The notes beneath the pieces were generated by a model. It was not told the DNA's origin, did not search any database, and saw only the letters and a list, made by a program, of their open reading frames with translations. A stretch of 36,787 bases of DNA. Origin: Campylobacterales bacterium. Its GTDB lineage: Bacteria > Campylobacterota > Campylobacteria > Campylobacterales > JALSKU01. Positions 9,088 to 19,240 of the stretch are shown here, one piece after another. Positions within the stretch are counted from its first letter, which is position 1. The number at the start of each line of letters is the position of its first letter. The stretch lies in NCBI GenBank assembly GCA_026988685.1, contig JALSKU010000202.1, forward strand, positions 1-36,787, read 5' to 3'. The position numbers were made by a program, and so were the translations under genes.

Positions 9088-12000
9088 GTGATGTTTGAAT
9101 TTTTCTATAAAAGACCATATTTGCTTTTTAGCACTATAGCTCTTTTCTTTGTGATGGGTGTTATCGGGCTTGTAAAGATGCCTAAAAATCTCTTTCCGGA
9201 TAGCGAATACCCTACTGTTGTAGTTATTACGAAGATCCCGGGAGCTACCGCAAAAGTGGCTGCTAGTACGGTATCTAAGCCTATAGAGGAGGAGATCTCA
9301 AGACTCTCTTTGATAAGAGATATAAGCTCTGTAAATGTTCCTAACTTTTCTATCATAAAGGCAGAATTTGGTTATAAAAAAGGGTTGGAAGCTGCTGCTG
9401 TTGATGTGAGCAATGCACTCTCTATCGCAAAGGCAAAACTACCGCCAAATGCCAATCCGGCAGTTTATACAGTGGGCTCTTTTACCTTACCTGTCGATGT
9501 AGTAGCGCTTAGCCCTAAAAATAAAAATATATCACTTAAAGAGATAAGAAAGATAGCTGATAGTTTTATAAAACCATATCTTTTAAGCGACCATGTTATA
9601 GGTAATGTAGAGGTTTTCGGTGGATATAAAAGTGCTATAAATATCAACATAGACCCTCTTAAAATGAAAAAATACCAGTTTAGCTTTGCTCAGGTTTTTA
9701 ATGTTTTAAGAGGAAGCGAGAGAGATATCCCTATGGGATTTATAAAAGGAAAAAATGGCTTCTTTACACTTACAATATATGGTGAAAAAGATAGAGTAAG
9801 TGAGTTAAAAAGAGTAGCAATAGCCCCAAATATAATGCTAAAAGATATAGCTACTGTTAACTGGAGTGAGCAAAAAAGAACATCAGGATATATCGGAAAC
9901 TCCAAAGAGGCTATAGCTTTGGCGATACAAAGGGCACCAGGGGGTAGCGTATTGGATGTTAGCAATGAAGCAAGGGCACAGATCAAAAAACTTCAAAAGA
10001 TGTATCCAAATATCGACTTTTCTATAAGTGATACCCAAAGAATACTCATAAAAACAGCTAACACAAATATGCTTGAAGCTTTAAGGGATGCTATCATCTA
10101 CACTCTTTTGGTTTTGATGTTTTTTCTTGGCAATTTTAGAGCGATTATCGCTGCAGGTCTTTCTATACCTATGGTATTTTTTGGAACGATGGCAGTTATA
10201 TACCTAAGTGGCGGGGAGTTAAATATAGTCATCTATACAGCTATCATACTTGCGCTTGGAATGCTTGTTGATGATGCGGTTGTTGTTCTTGAAAACATTG
10301 AGAGGCATCTAAGCGGAATGCATCAAGACTTGCAGGTTGCTATAAAGGAGGGAACAAGAGAGGTGCTTTTGCCTATATTTGCCGGAACTGTTGCTACTAT
10401 TGCTATCATGTTTCCCCTTATGTTTGTCGGAGGCTTTCCTCAAAAGATATTTAGGCCTCTTATATCTACTCTTATCATCGCTTTGCTCGTTTCGTACTTT
10501 TTATCCATTACTTTTATACCCAAGCTTTCAACATATTTGTATAAAAACGGAACCCAAAAAACAAAGGTAGAGAAGTGGTTTGAGTGGTTTTACCAAAATA
10601 CACTTGGAAGACTCATAGTGCCTTATGAGGGGATTTTGAAATTTTCCAATGGGAGATTTAAGCCTCTTAGGAGATTTCCTCTTGTTGCATTGGCGATTGT
10701 AATTTTTATCCTATCTTTAAAAAATATTATGCCGTTAATAGGAAAAGATACTATGCCTCCAATGGATACGGGTATCATGAAAGCTCAGATAGCCTTTAGC
10801 ACAAATGATACCGTAGAAGATGCCGAAAAAAGACTAAAACCATTTCTAAAATGGCTAAAAACTCAGAAGAATTTTGTAATGAGTTCCATAGCCTTTGGTA
10901 GTGAGAGTGGAGTATTGTCTCTTGGAAGTGGAAATCTTCCTACTGAAGCTACTATCACTATCAATGCGGTAAATCGTTTCCAAAGAAAAAAATCTATCTG
11001 GCAGATGGAAAACGAGATACGAGATAAATTACACGAATTAAAAGGGATAAAGCGAGCAGATGTATTTGACTTCGGTGCTACGGCGTTATCTTCCATCAAG
11101 GCCCCGCTTGACATAAGAGTAAAATCAGCCACTTTTGATACGCTGCCACAAAAAGCAAAAGAGATACAAAAGGCTATCTCTAAGATAAAGGGGCTAACAA
11201 GCACCTCTATAAGTTGGGATAAAGATTTTAGCGAGATAGAAGTTGTGGTAGATAAAAATAGAGCCTTAAGCTATGGGCTTACACCATTTAGCATAATGGC
11301 TCAAATCCCCATAAAAGGTCAGATCGCTTCACTCAATGCAAATCTAACCTCTATGGATACACAGTTTGTAAGGATCTACCTACACGGCAAGTTTAATGGC
11401 AATATAGAGTCCCTAAAACTTTTACCGCTTCACGCAAAAGGTGGAGATATACCTCTTAGTGCGGTTGCAAAGGTAAGATACAGACTAACTGAAGCTAAGA
11501 TAGAAAGAGATAAGATGCTATACAGCATAGATATAAATGGATATAGGGCAAAAAGAGCTATAACACATCTAACGGATGATGCCAATAAAGCACTAAGCAA
11601 GATAGATAAAACCGGTTATATCGTAACTCAAGAGGGAGATATATCATCGTTAAATGACAGTTTTTACAGGATGATAAAAGCTATAGGCATAGGTATTGTT
11701 GTACTCCTTTTGACTCTAATCTCTATATATCACTCAGTAAGGCTCTCTTTGATCATGATAGTTGTTTTGCCACTTTCGATGATAGGTGCAGCTTGGGCTA
11801 TGCTTATCTTTGACAAGCCAAGCTGTATGCCAAGCCTGGTGGGAATACTGCTGCTTTTTGGTATCATCATCAAAAATGCGGTCTTGCTTGTGGACTTTTT
11901 CCAAGAGTATAGAAAGGAGGGCAACTCTCCATTTGAGAGTGCCTTAAAAAGTGTCAGTGTCAGATTTAGACCTGTCATGATGACTGCTTTTGGAACGATA

Positions 12001-12189
12001 GCAGGTATGATACCTATAGCACTTGAGCAAGCTGTAGGACTAGAGAGGCTCTCACCTTTGGCAGATGTTGCGGTAGGCGGACTAATAGTCGGAACCTTTT
12101 TGACACTGATATATGTGCCAATGTTTGCATATATTTTTGACAAAGAGAAAAAAACAGATAAAATCAAAACAGGAGAAGAAAATGGATGA
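9088..12189 (+). CDS. RND efflux permease (AcrB/AcrD/AcrF family)
   Basis: 1033 aa; ALGMLVDDAVVVLENI, GIIIKNAVLLVDF, RFRPVMMTAF..IAGMIP.AL. Confidence 0.95.
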   Translation: MMFEFFYKRPYLLFSTIALFFVMGVIGLVKMPKNLFPDSEYPTVVVITKIPGATAKVAASTVSKPIEEEISRLSLIRDISSVNVPNFSIIKAEFGYKKGLEAAAVDVSNALSIAKAKLPPNANPAVYTVGSFTLPVDVVALSPKNKNISLKEIRKIADSFIKPYLLSDHVIGNVEVFGGYKSAININIDPLKMKKYQFSFAQVFNVLRGSERDIPMGFIKGKNGFFTLTIYGEKDRVSELKRVAIAPNIMLKDIATVNWSEQKRTSGYIGNSKEAIALAIQRAPGGSVLDVSNEARAQIKKLQKMYPNIDFSISDTQRILIKTANTNMLEALRDAIIYTLLVLMFFLGNFRAIIAAGLSIPMVFFGTMAVIYLSGGELNIVIYTAIILALGMLVDDAVVVLENIERHLSGMHQDLQVAIKEGTREVLLPIFAGTVATIAIMFPLMFVGGFPQKIFRPLISTLIIALLVSYFLSITFIPKLSTYLYKNGTQKTKVEKWFEWFYQNTLGRLIVPYEGILKFSNGRFKPLRRFPLVALAIVIFILSLKNIMPLIGKDTMPPMDTGIMKAQIAFSTNDTVEDAEKRLKPFLKWLKTQKNFVMSSIAFGSESGVLSLGSGNLPTEATITINAVNRFQRKKSIWQMENEIRDKLHELKGIKRADVFDFGATALSSIKAPLDIRVKSATFDTLPQKAKEIQKAISKIKGLTSTSISWDKDFSEIEVVVDKNRALSYGLTPFSIMAQIPIKGQIASLNANLTSMDTQFVRIYLHGKFNGNIESLKLLPLHAKGGDIPLSAVAKVRYRLTEAKIERDKMLYSIDINGYRAKRAITHLTDDANKALSKIDKTGYIVTQEGDISSLNDSFYRMIKAIGIGIVVLLLTLISIYHSVRLSLIMIVVLPLSMIGAAWAMLIFDKPSCMPSLVGILLLFGIIIKNAVLLVDFFQEYRKEGNSPFESALKSVSVRFRPVMMTAFGTIAGMIPIALEQAVGLERLSPLADVAVGGLIVGTFLTLIYVPMFAYIFDKEKKTDKIKTGEENG

Positions 12190-12547
12190 TATGGTAAGAA
12201 ATACCAAAATGAAAGATGTTCCTTCAATGAGGGTGGATATAGAGAAGTTTATAGAGTTATACAATGATGACAAAGCTATACTTTTAGATATTAGATACCC
12301 TTTTGAAACAAAGGTTTGGAGAGTTAGTTTTGCTACTTTGATACCCTATGATGAGCTTCCCGATAGGTTGGATGAATTGCCTAAAGATAAGCTTATAGTC
12401 TGCACATGTCCTGAAGAGTATAGATCAAACATGGCAAAAGAGTATCTAAGATATAAAGGCTATGATGCCAAAAATCTAACAGGTGGATTGCTCGGCTTAA
12501 TGACAAGGCTAAAAGGCGGCAAAGCAAAGGATGTGCATTTGCAATAA
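12182..12547 (+). CDS. Rhodanese-like domain protein
   Basis: LLDIR.P.E, ELPKDKLIVCTC...RS, AKNLTGGL; start chosen at the ATG after SD AGGAG (12171-12175). Confidence 0.85.
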   Translation: MDDMVRNTKMKDVPSMRVDIEKFIELYNDDKAILLDIRYPFETKVWRVSFATLIPYDELPDRLDELPKDKLIVCTCPEEYRSNMAKEYLRYKGYDAKNLTGGLLGLMTRLKGGKAKDVHLQ

Positions 12548-12551
12548 ATAA

Positions 12552-12568
12552 GGGGCTGGTTCAGCCCC
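12552..12568. other. Short GC-rich intergenic hairpin
   Basis: GGGGCTG-GTT-CAGCCCC; no U-tract on the + strand. Confidence 0.45.
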
Positions 12569-12587
12569 AATAAAGGCGGTTTAAGAT

Positions 12588-13328
12588 ATGAATGTGATGG
12601 ATTATATAGAATACTTTTTGATAACCCTTGGAGTATCCTCTTTTTTTGCAATGGGTGGAGTAGGTAGTGCCGTGGCATTGGTGCCTATCTTTGATATGTT
12701 GGGGCTTGGTTTTAATATAGCAAAAACCATTGCCCTTTTTATCAATACTTCCACAACAGTAACAGCAAGTATTATGAATCTAAAAAGAGGTGTGCTTGAT
12801 GCGAGGTTTGCTTTTTCTCTTGTTATTTCCTCTATGATTCTATCGCCACTTGGAGCTTACAGTTCCAAATTTATCAATGTCTCAAGTGTTAAATGGGGCT
12901 TTTTAACTTTCTTGGTTTTTAGTGCTACTATGATGATGTTTTCAAAAAAAGAGGCAAAATTTAAGTATGAAAAAAAGTGGATATTATATCTTATAGGTGC
13001 GATAGTTGGTTTTATATCCGGACTCCTTGGTATCGGCGGCGGAGCACTTGTCATGCCGCTTATGATACTTCTTGGATTTGATGCTAAGAAAATGGCTATA
13101 GCGGTCAGCTTTATGATCCCTTTTTCAACCTTTAGTGCTTTTTTATCATATATCTCATTTGTAAAAATAGACTGGATGCTACTTGTCATAACAGCTATAG
13201 CAGCTATCTTGGGCGGATATATAGGCAATGCAGTTATGCACTTTAAGCTAGAGGCAAAGCATATCAAGAAAATTATAGCAATCTTACTCTACATCTTAGC
13301 TATCAAAATGGGATACTCATTGATTTAA
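12588..13328 (+). CDS. Sulfite exporter TauE/SafE (TSUP) family protein
   Basis: About 8 TM segments; AMGGVGS..LVP and SGLLGIGGGALVMP repeats. Confidence 0.88.
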   Translation: MNVMDYIEYFLITLGVSSFFAMGGVGSAVALVPIFDMLGLGFNIAKTIALFINTSTTVTASIMNLKRGVLDARFAFSLVISSMILSPLGAYSSKFINVSSVKWGFLTFLVFSATMMMFSKKEAKFKYEKKWILYLIGAIVGFISGLLGIGGGALVMPLMILLGFDAKKMAIAVSFMIPFSTFSAFLSYISFVKIDWMLLVITAIAAILGGYIGNAVMHFKLEAKHIKKIIAILLYILAIKMGYSLI

Positions 13329-13331
13329 TAG

Positions 13332-13369
13332 ATGCTGTATGGTATAATGCATAAATACATCATGCTGTA
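13332..13369 (+). promoter_or_regulatory. TA promoter: extended -10 TGGTATAAT flanked by ATGCTGTA direct repeats (candidate autorepressor sites)
   Basis: ATGCTGTA at 13332 and 13362; TGGTATAAT at 13340-13348. Confidence 0.5.
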
Positions 13370-13382
13370 AAGGAGTGGCTAT

Positions 13383-13631
13383 ATGCATAGATTAAATTTG
13401 ACTATTGACGAGTCTCTTTATGAAAGAGCAAGAGCTATTGGTTTTATTGAGAAAAAGTCTATTTCACAAATAGTAAGAGAGAGTCTGAAAGAGTATATTT
13501 CGAAAAAAAATATACTAAATAGACAAGTAGAATTGGTCTTGGATGCAAAGGATGAAAAAGAGATATTGTCAATAATATCAAATGATGATTTTATCTCGGA
13601 TAATGAGTTTAAAAGTAAATTCAAACTATGA
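13383..13631 (+). CDS. Ribbon-helix-helix (CopG-like) antitoxin
   Basis: MHRLNLTIDESLYERA...KKSISQIVRESL RHH pattern; acidic C-terminus; ATGA overlap with the toxin. Confidence 0.75.
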   Translation: MHRLNLTIDESLYERARAIGFIEKKSISQIVRESLKEYISKKNILNRQVELVLDAKDEKEILSIISNDDFISDNEFKSKFKL

Positions 13632-13876
13632 AAATTTACTACTCCAAAACTTTTGAAAAAAAGTTTGCCAAGTATAGCAAAAATTTACAAATCAAAATTT
13701 ACAAATGTATAAAAGAGCTTCCCGAAGGCGATGTAAAAAGGTTAAAAGGTGATCATACTCCACCAATACATAGGGCAAGAATCTCAAAATATAGGATACT
13801 TTTTCACATGGATGATGAAGTGATTTGGATGTTGAAAGTTGATAGTAGAGGCGATATCTATAAGAAACCATCATGA
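13628..13876 (+). CDS. RelE/ParE family toxin
   Basis: MKIYYSKTFEK, GDVKRLKG, RARISKYRILF, VDSRGDIYK. Confidence 0.85.
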   Translation: MKIYYSKTFEKKFAKYSKNLQIKIYKCIKELPEGDVKRLKGDHTPPIHRARISKYRILFHMDDEVIWMLKVDSRGDIYKKPS

Positions 13877-14013
13877 TTTTCATTAAAATCACAAATAAAG
13901 ATGAAAATTATAAGGATTTCTTTTCTTGTCCTTTAGGGCAAAGCTTTAGTGAGAGGAATTTTTGTTGGAATTTACTTCCAGCAAAAAGGAGATTTTTAGG
14001 TGAATGAGTTAAG

Positions 14014-14757
14014 ATGCTTACACTTTTTTTACTTTTTTTAGCAGGATTTGGCGCAGGGTTTGTTGACTCTATCGCTGGAGGTGGTGGGATAATTACACTG
14101 CCGGCTATTTTGGCAGCAGGGGTTCCACCACATTTTGCGCTAGCTACCAATAAACTTCAAAGTAGTTTTGGAAGTTTTACAGCCTCTGTAAATTATGCAA
14201 AAAAGGGACTTTATGAGCCAAAGAAAGTTTTAGAGGGGGTATTTTTTACATTTGTAGGCGCTGTACTCGGGGCCATAACAGTTCAATACTTCTCCGCCAA
14301 ATTTTTATCTGATTTTATTATTTTTATGCTTATTGTGCTTTTTTTCTTTACTCTGTTTAACAAGAACCTTGGACTAAAGGCAAAAGCAAGGAGGGTGAAA
14401 CCTTTTGCTTTTTATATACTCTTTGGTCTTTTGATAGGATTTTATGATGGTTTTTTTGGTCCTGGGACGGGCTCTTTTTGGACTATAGCACTTGTGCTTC
14501 TTTTAGGACTTGATTTAAAAGGAGCAACCGCACAAACAAAGATATTTAACTTCACAAGCAACATAGTCTCACTCGGAGTATTTGCATTTTCAGGTTTGGT
14601 TCTATGGAAAATTGGTATAATAATGGGCATAGGTCAGATAGCAGGAGCTTTTACTGGCTCAACACTTGTGGCAAAAAAAGAGGTAACATTTGTAAGATAC
14701 TTTTTTCTTGTAGTTGTTGCCGCTACTATTGTAAAACTTGCATATGATAGATGGTAG
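14014..14757 (+). CDS. TSUP family transporter (YfcA-like)
   Basis: AGFVDSIAGGGGIITLPA, ALATNKLQ, IGFYDGFFGPGTGSF. Confidence 0.92.
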   Translation: MLTLFLLFLAGFGAGFVDSIAGGGGIITLPAILAAGVPPHFALATNKLQSSFGSFTASVNYAKKGLYEPKKVLEGVFFTFVGAVLGAITVQYFSAKFLSDFIIFMLIVLFFFTLFNKNLGLKAKARRVKPFAFYILFGLLIGFYDGFFGPGTGSFWTIALVLLLGLDLKGATAQTKIFNFTSNIVSLGVFAFSGLVLWKIGIIMGIGQIAGAFTGSTLVAKKEVTFVRYFFLVVVAATIVKLAYDRW

Positions 14758-14765
14758 GAGAGAAG

Positions 14766-15785
14766 ATGGAGTATAGATATATCGGCAAAAGTGGGCTTAG
14801 GGTATCACCTATCTGTCTTGGGACGATGACTTTTGGCTCAAGTGCAGATAAAAAAGAGTCTTTTAAGATAATGGACAAAGCTTATGAGAGAGGCGTGAAC
14901 TTTTTTGATACCGCTGAACTTTACCCGGTGCCACCAAAGGCCTCTTGGGCCGGAGAGACTGAAAAGATAGTAGGTGAGTGGCTAAAACAAAAGCCAAGAG
15001 ACTCTATGATCATTGCTTCTAAAGTAGCTGGAGCAGCCAATGGGTGGTTTGTGCCACCGATTAGACACGGATTAACTGCAATAGATAGATTTCATATAAA
15101 GAGAGCCGTTGAGGGAAGTCTAAAAAGGTTACAAACCGACTATATAGACCTTTATCAGGTGCATTGGCCGGATATGATTGTGCCGATAGAGGAGGCTTTA
15201 GAAGTTTTTGACGAGCTTATCAAAGAGGGCAAGATAAGATATATCGGTACTTCAAATGATACCGCTTACGGACTTACAAAAGCTAATGAAGTGGCAAAGT
15301 GTAAGGGTTATAAGAGATTTGAGTCTATACAAAACAATTTTTCTCTTTTAAACAGGCGTTTTTTAGATAGTATAAAAGAGGTTTGCCAAAGAGAGAGTAT
15401 CTCCTTGCTCCCATATTCACCGCTTGCCGGTGGAGTTTTAAGCGGTAAATACAACAGTGAGTATATAGATCCAAAAGCAAGGTTTGCATGGTATATGGCG
15501 CAGGACAATCCAAGGATCAAAGCTCAAGTTCAAAGGTTTGTCAACGATAAAACTCTGGCTTCAACCAAAGAGTATCTTAAGATCGCTAAAAAGTACAATA
15601 TATCTTTGGTAACACTCTCCATAGCGTGGAGCAAACAGTTTGACTTTGTGGCTTCAACCATCATAGGTGCCAGAAGAAGCAAGCAGTTGGATGAAACTCT
15701 TGCGGCCATGGATCTGACTCTGGATAAAGAGATACTAAAAGAGTGCGATACAGTGCATCAGGAGATTTTATACCCTATGGGCTAA
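14766..15785 (+). CDS. Aldo/keto reductase (Tas-like)
   Basis: VSPICLGTMTFG, FFDTAELYPVP, SLKRLQTDYIDLYQVHWP, PYSPLAGGVLSGKY; ATG after SD AGGAG. Confidence 0.92.
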   Translation: MEYRYIGKSGLRVSPICLGTMTFGSSADKKESFKIMDKAYERGVNFFDTAELYPVPPKASWAGETEKIVGEWLKQKPRDSMIIASKVAGAANGWFVPPIRHGLTAIDRFHIKRAVEGSLKRLQTDYIDLYQVHWPDMIVPIEEALEVFDELIKEGKIRYIGTSNDTAYGLTKANEVAKCKGYKRFESIQNNFSLLNRRFLDSIKEVCQRESISLLPYSPLAGGVLSGKYNSEYIDPKARFAWYMAQDNPRIKAQVQRFVNDKTLASTKEYLKIAKKYNISLVTLSIAWSKQFDFVASTIIGARRSKQLDETLAAMDLTLDKEILKECDTVHQEILYPMG

Positions 15786-15964
15786 AATCCTCCCGGATGC
15801 ATAAAGGCACCAAACATTCCTCCAAAAACCAAGCCAAAAAGCATAAATACAAACCATACTACAAATAGTGCAGGTATGGAAGCCAATGCAATCTTTACTA
15901 TCAAAACCACCAAATCCCAAAAGGGTATATCTACGCCTGTTATCTTTACTTTTGCCTCTTCCAT
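15782..15964 (-). CDS. Small hypothetical membrane protein
   Basis: 60 aa, KITGVDIPFWDLV followed by a hydrophobic span; coupled to the end of purN. Confidence 0.7.
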   Translation of the reverse strand: MEEAKVKITGVDIPFWDLVVLIVKIALASIPALFVVWFVFMLFGLVFGGMFGAFMHPGGF

Positions 15965-16542
15965 TGCTTATCCTTTGTTATCTTAACTATAGCTTTTGGG
16001 AGCAGTTCAAACTCCAACTCTTTAATCTTTTTGGTAAAACTCTCCAAAGTATCATCTTCCTCTTTTTGAAAACATTTTTGCAATATGATCTTGCCACCGT
16101 CAAGCTCACTGCTTACAAAATGAACGCTTACTCCACCCACCTTCGTCTCTGAAAAAAAGCTCTCTTCTATAGCATTAGCTCCCTTGAAAAGCGGCAGAAG
16201 TGAAGGGTGAAGGTTGATGGCTCTTATGTTGTCGGTAAAAATCGGAGTGAGTATCCTCATGAAACCAGCAAGAATGGTGATATCCGCTTTATATGATTTT
16301 ATAAGACCAACAAGTTTTTTATCAAAATCTTCTCTGTTTTTAAAATTTTTATGCTCCAATATGATGGTATCTATGCCATATTTTTTAGCTCTTTTGATAC
16401 CTTTTGCCTCTTTCTTGTTGCAAATTGCAACCACTACCTCATATATTTTACCCTCTATCTCTTTTTTATGTAGCTGTTTGATGATGTTTTCAAGGTTGCT
16501 ACCCTCACCGCTAAAAAGGATAACCAGTCTGACTACAGGCAC
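15946..16542 (-). CDS. purN: Phosphoribosylglycinamide formyltransferase
   Basis: LFSGEGSNL, LAGFMRIL, INLHPSLLP.FKG, VHFV..ELDGG.II.Q. Confidence 0.95.
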   Translation of the reverse strand: MPVVRLVILFSGEGSNLENIIKQLHKKEIEGKIYEVVVAICNKKEAKGIKRAKKYGIDTIILEHKNFKNREDFDKKLVGLIKSYKADITILAGFMRILTPIFTDNIRAINLHPSLLPLFKGANAIEESFFSETKVGGVSVHFVSSELDGGKIILQKCFQKEEDDTLESFTKKIKELEFELLPKAIVKITKDKQWKRQK

Positions 16543-17930
16543 TTTATCTCCTCTATAAGATCATTTGGGCTTAAAGAGTAGTTTGCTTTTTTGTAGGCTT
16601 TTGCAGCAAAACTGTGTGCCAAAGAGGCGCTGATGGCAGCTTCCAAAGTCTGATATTCTTGAGAAAGAAGTGCACCTATAAGACCTGTCAAAACATCTCC
16701 GCTTCCACCCTTGCTAAGAGTTGGCGAGCCAAAGGTGTTGATATAAACTTTTCCGTTTCGGGATATCAAGGTATTGCTACCCTTTAGAAGCAAAACTACA
16801 TCTTTGTATCTTTTTGTAAACTCTCTTGCAAGCTCAAATCTTCTCCTTTGCACCTCCTTTACATCGATATCTTCTATCTTAAGTAGTTTTAATAGCGAAG
16901 CAAACTCTCTTGGATGAGGTGTTAAAACCAAGTTTTCTCTTTTTTGGAGTATCTCTTCTATCAGCTCATCTTTAAAAAGATCCGCATCAACCACCAGTGG
17001 GATATTTTTATCGTTGATGATCTTATTTATAACTTCTATGTTATATTTTTTACCAAGTCCCATGCCAAGGCAGATTGAGGTTGTATTATGTGGCACACTT
17101 TTTGCCAACATTATCTCTTCAGGAAGTTTTACAGGCTTCTTTGAAAAAATACTACAAAGTCCGCTACCAAAAGCAAATGCCGCTTTTGCAGCTATAATGC
17201 AGGCTCCCTTTTTCTCTCCAAGTATCATCAAAGTATGGCCAAAATCTCCCTTATTGGAGCACTTTTTAACTCTTAGAGGCAGCCTCATATCACTTTTTTC
17301 AAGAACAAAGGTATCCGTGTTACCTTCATAAACTTCCCTACTTACCCCCAAGTCAGCTACTTTTATCTTACCAACAAAATCTTTTGCATTGTCACTAAAA
17401 AGAGTAGTTTTATATGAGCCCATACTGACTGTAACATCAGCCTCAAAGGCTATGGGCGAGGGATTGCCTTTGGTGTCAAGTCCTGTTGGTATATCGCAGG
17501 CTATTTTAAAAGCTTCAAGAGCATTTAGCCTTTTGATAACTTTTACTATCTCTTCGCTTAAAGGTTTATTTAACCCGGAGCCAAAAATGGCATCTACTAC
17601 TATGTCACTTTTTGTTATCTCTGCAATCTCTTTGACACCGATAGCCTTTGCTCTATCTAGTTGGGTTTTGCACATATTTGACTTAGCACCAACGGGAAGA
17701 TAAAGACTTACATCATACTCTTTGTAAAGAATCCGTCCAAGTGTCACTCCGTCAGCTCCATTGTTGCCGGGACCGCTTACTATAAGCAAGGAACTGCCTC
17801 TTTTAAATCTTTTTCTTATCGCTTTAGCAAGCCCTAAAGCTGCATTTTCCATCAAAATATCTTCATTTAGCAAAAACTCATCATAGCATCTTTTATCAAG
17901 TGTATAAACTTCATCAAAAACTTTGTGCAT
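16533..17930 (-). CDS. nnr: Bifunctional NAD(P)H-hydrate epimerase/dehydratase
   Basis: LMENAA, GPGNNGADG, DAIFGSG, DIPTG; NKGDFGH, LTPHPREF, KGGSGDVL.G. Confidence 0.93.
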   Translation of the reverse strand: MHKVFDEVYTLDKRCYDEFLLNEDILMENAALGLAKAIRKRFKRGSSLLIVSGPGNNGADGVTLGRILYKEYDVSLYLPVGAKSNMCKTQLDRAKAIGVKEIAEITKSDIVVDAIFGSGLNKPLSEEIVKVIKRLNALEAFKIACDIPTGLDTKGNPSPIAFEADVTVSMGSYKTTLFSDNAKDFVGKIKVADLGVSREVYEGNTDTFVLEKSDMRLPLRVKKCSNKGDFGHTLMILGEKKGACIIAAKAAFAFGSGLCSIFSKKPVKLPEEIMLAKSVPHNTTSICLGMGLGKKYNIEVINKIINDKNIPLVVDADLFKDELIEEILQKRENLVLTPHPREFASLLKLLKIEDIDVKEVQRRRFELAREFTKRYKDVVLLLKGSNTLISRNGKVYINTFGSPTLSKGGSGDVLTGLIGALLSQEYQTLEAAISASLAHSFAAKAYKKANYSLSPNDLIEEIKCL

Positions 17931-18057
17931 AGCTATCCTTTATACTAAACATGTCATAATTATAGCATATTGAGTAAGATATGGCAGAAAATTATTTTAT
18001 TTTAAGAAAAAGATTATATAATTATCAAAAGAAAAAAATTATCATTAAGGAGTAAAT

Positions 18058-18576
18058 ATGGCAAAGAGAGGAAACTCTATCATAAAAGGTATAGAGATAG
18101 ATGAAGTGATTAAGCTTTTAAACAGAGCTTATGCAGATGAGTGGTTGGCGTATTATCAATACTACATAGAAGAGAAAGTTGTTACAGGTATAATGAGTAA
18201 GTCAGCTGTGACAGAGTTAGCAGAACACGCTGCAGATGAACTAAGACATGCGGATATGGTGGCAAATAGGATTATGCAACTTGGCGGAACTCCGCTTTTA
18301 AATCCAAAAGATTGGTTTACTCACACAAACTGTGGGTATGAAGAGCCTAAAAACTTTGATGTTTTGGCTATACTTGATGATGCCATAAAGGGCGAGCAGT
18401 GCGCTATCAGCACCTACTCAAACATAGCTGAGATAACAAGAGATAAAGATATAGTAACTTACGATATAGTAAGTCAGATTTTGGCTGACGAGGTTGAGCA
18501 TGAAGAGGATCTTCAAGCTCTTTATGATGATATAAATGATTTTGTAGATCAAGTAAAAAGCACAATAAAGGGATAA
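18058..18576 (+). CDS. Dps-like (DPSL) ferritin-family protein
   Basis: AYADEWLAYYQY, HAADELRHA, GEQCAI..Y, DEVEHEEDL di-iron ligands. Confidence 0.88.
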   Translation: MAKRGNSIIKGIEIDEVIKLLNRAYADEWLAYYQYYIEEKVVTGIMSKSAVTELAEHAADELRHADMVANRIMQLGGTPLLNPKDWFTHTNCGYEEPKNFDVLAILDDAIKGEQCAISTYSNIAEITRDKDIVTYDIVSQILADEVEHEEDLQALYDDINDFVDQVKSTIKG

Positions 18577-18579
18577 AAG

Positions 18580-19239
18580 ATGAGACAGTATGAAACATAT
18601 AGATGCAATAAATGCGGTAACGAGGTAGAGGTTCAAAGTGTAGGCGGCGGTAAGCTTGTTTGTTGTGGTGAAGAGATGGAGTGTATTACAGAAAATCTAA
18701 CGGCAGTCAATCTTATGAAAGCATTTGCAGGAGAGTCTCAGGCAAGAAACAAGTATGAGTTTTTCGCTGATGTAGCCGAGGAAGAGGGACTTCATAGGAT
18801 AGCAAGGTTCTTTAGAGAAGCAGCAGAAAATGAAAAGTATCATGCAAGAGCAGAGTTTAAAGCTTATAACAAATTAGTGCACGGAGTGGAGCTTGACAAT
18901 ACAAAAGCCAACCTCCAATACGCAGCCGATGGTGAAAGATATGAGCACGAAACAATGTATCCAAACTTTGCAGCCATTGCAAAAGAGGAAAATCTTAAAG
19001 ATATAGCAAGATTGTTAAGTGCTATAGGTAAAGTTGAAGTAGAACACGAGGCTGAATATCTTGCTCTTAAGCAAGCCTTGATAGATGAGGGCTTTTTTGA
19101 CAGCGATCAGGATGAGTTTTATGTCTGCGAAGTCTGCGGATATGTTCACAAAGGCAAAAAACCTCCAAAAGCCTGTCCTCTATGCAAAGCTCCACAGGAG
19201 TATTTTAAGAAAAGATGCAAGGATGTAACTGTAGGGTAA
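18580..19239 (+). CDS. rbr: Desulforubrerythrin (desulforedoxin domain + rubrerythrin + rubredoxin-like domain)
   Basis: [46 protein letters not shown]. Confidence 0.9.
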   Translation: MRQYETYRCNKCGNEVEVQSVGGGKLVCCGEEMECITENLTAVNLMKAFAGESQARNKYEFFADVAEEEGLHRIARFFREAAENEKYHARAEFKAYNKLVHGVELDNTKANLQYAADGERYEHETMYPNFAAIAKEENLKDIARLLSAIGKVEVEHEAEYLALKQALIDEGFFDSDQDEFYVCEVCGYVHKGKKPPKACPLCKAPQEYFKKRCKDVTVG

Positions 19240-19240
19240 G

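Noticed and set aside
12113-12181. Extended N-terminus of the rhodanese ORF
   Set aside because: Overlaps the RND gene; the SD supports the ATG at 12182
14005-14007. Selenocysteine read-through fusing the 44-aa ORF to TSUP
   Set aside because: TSUP is already full length, no SECIS-like hairpin was recognised, and the upstream peptide has no domain features
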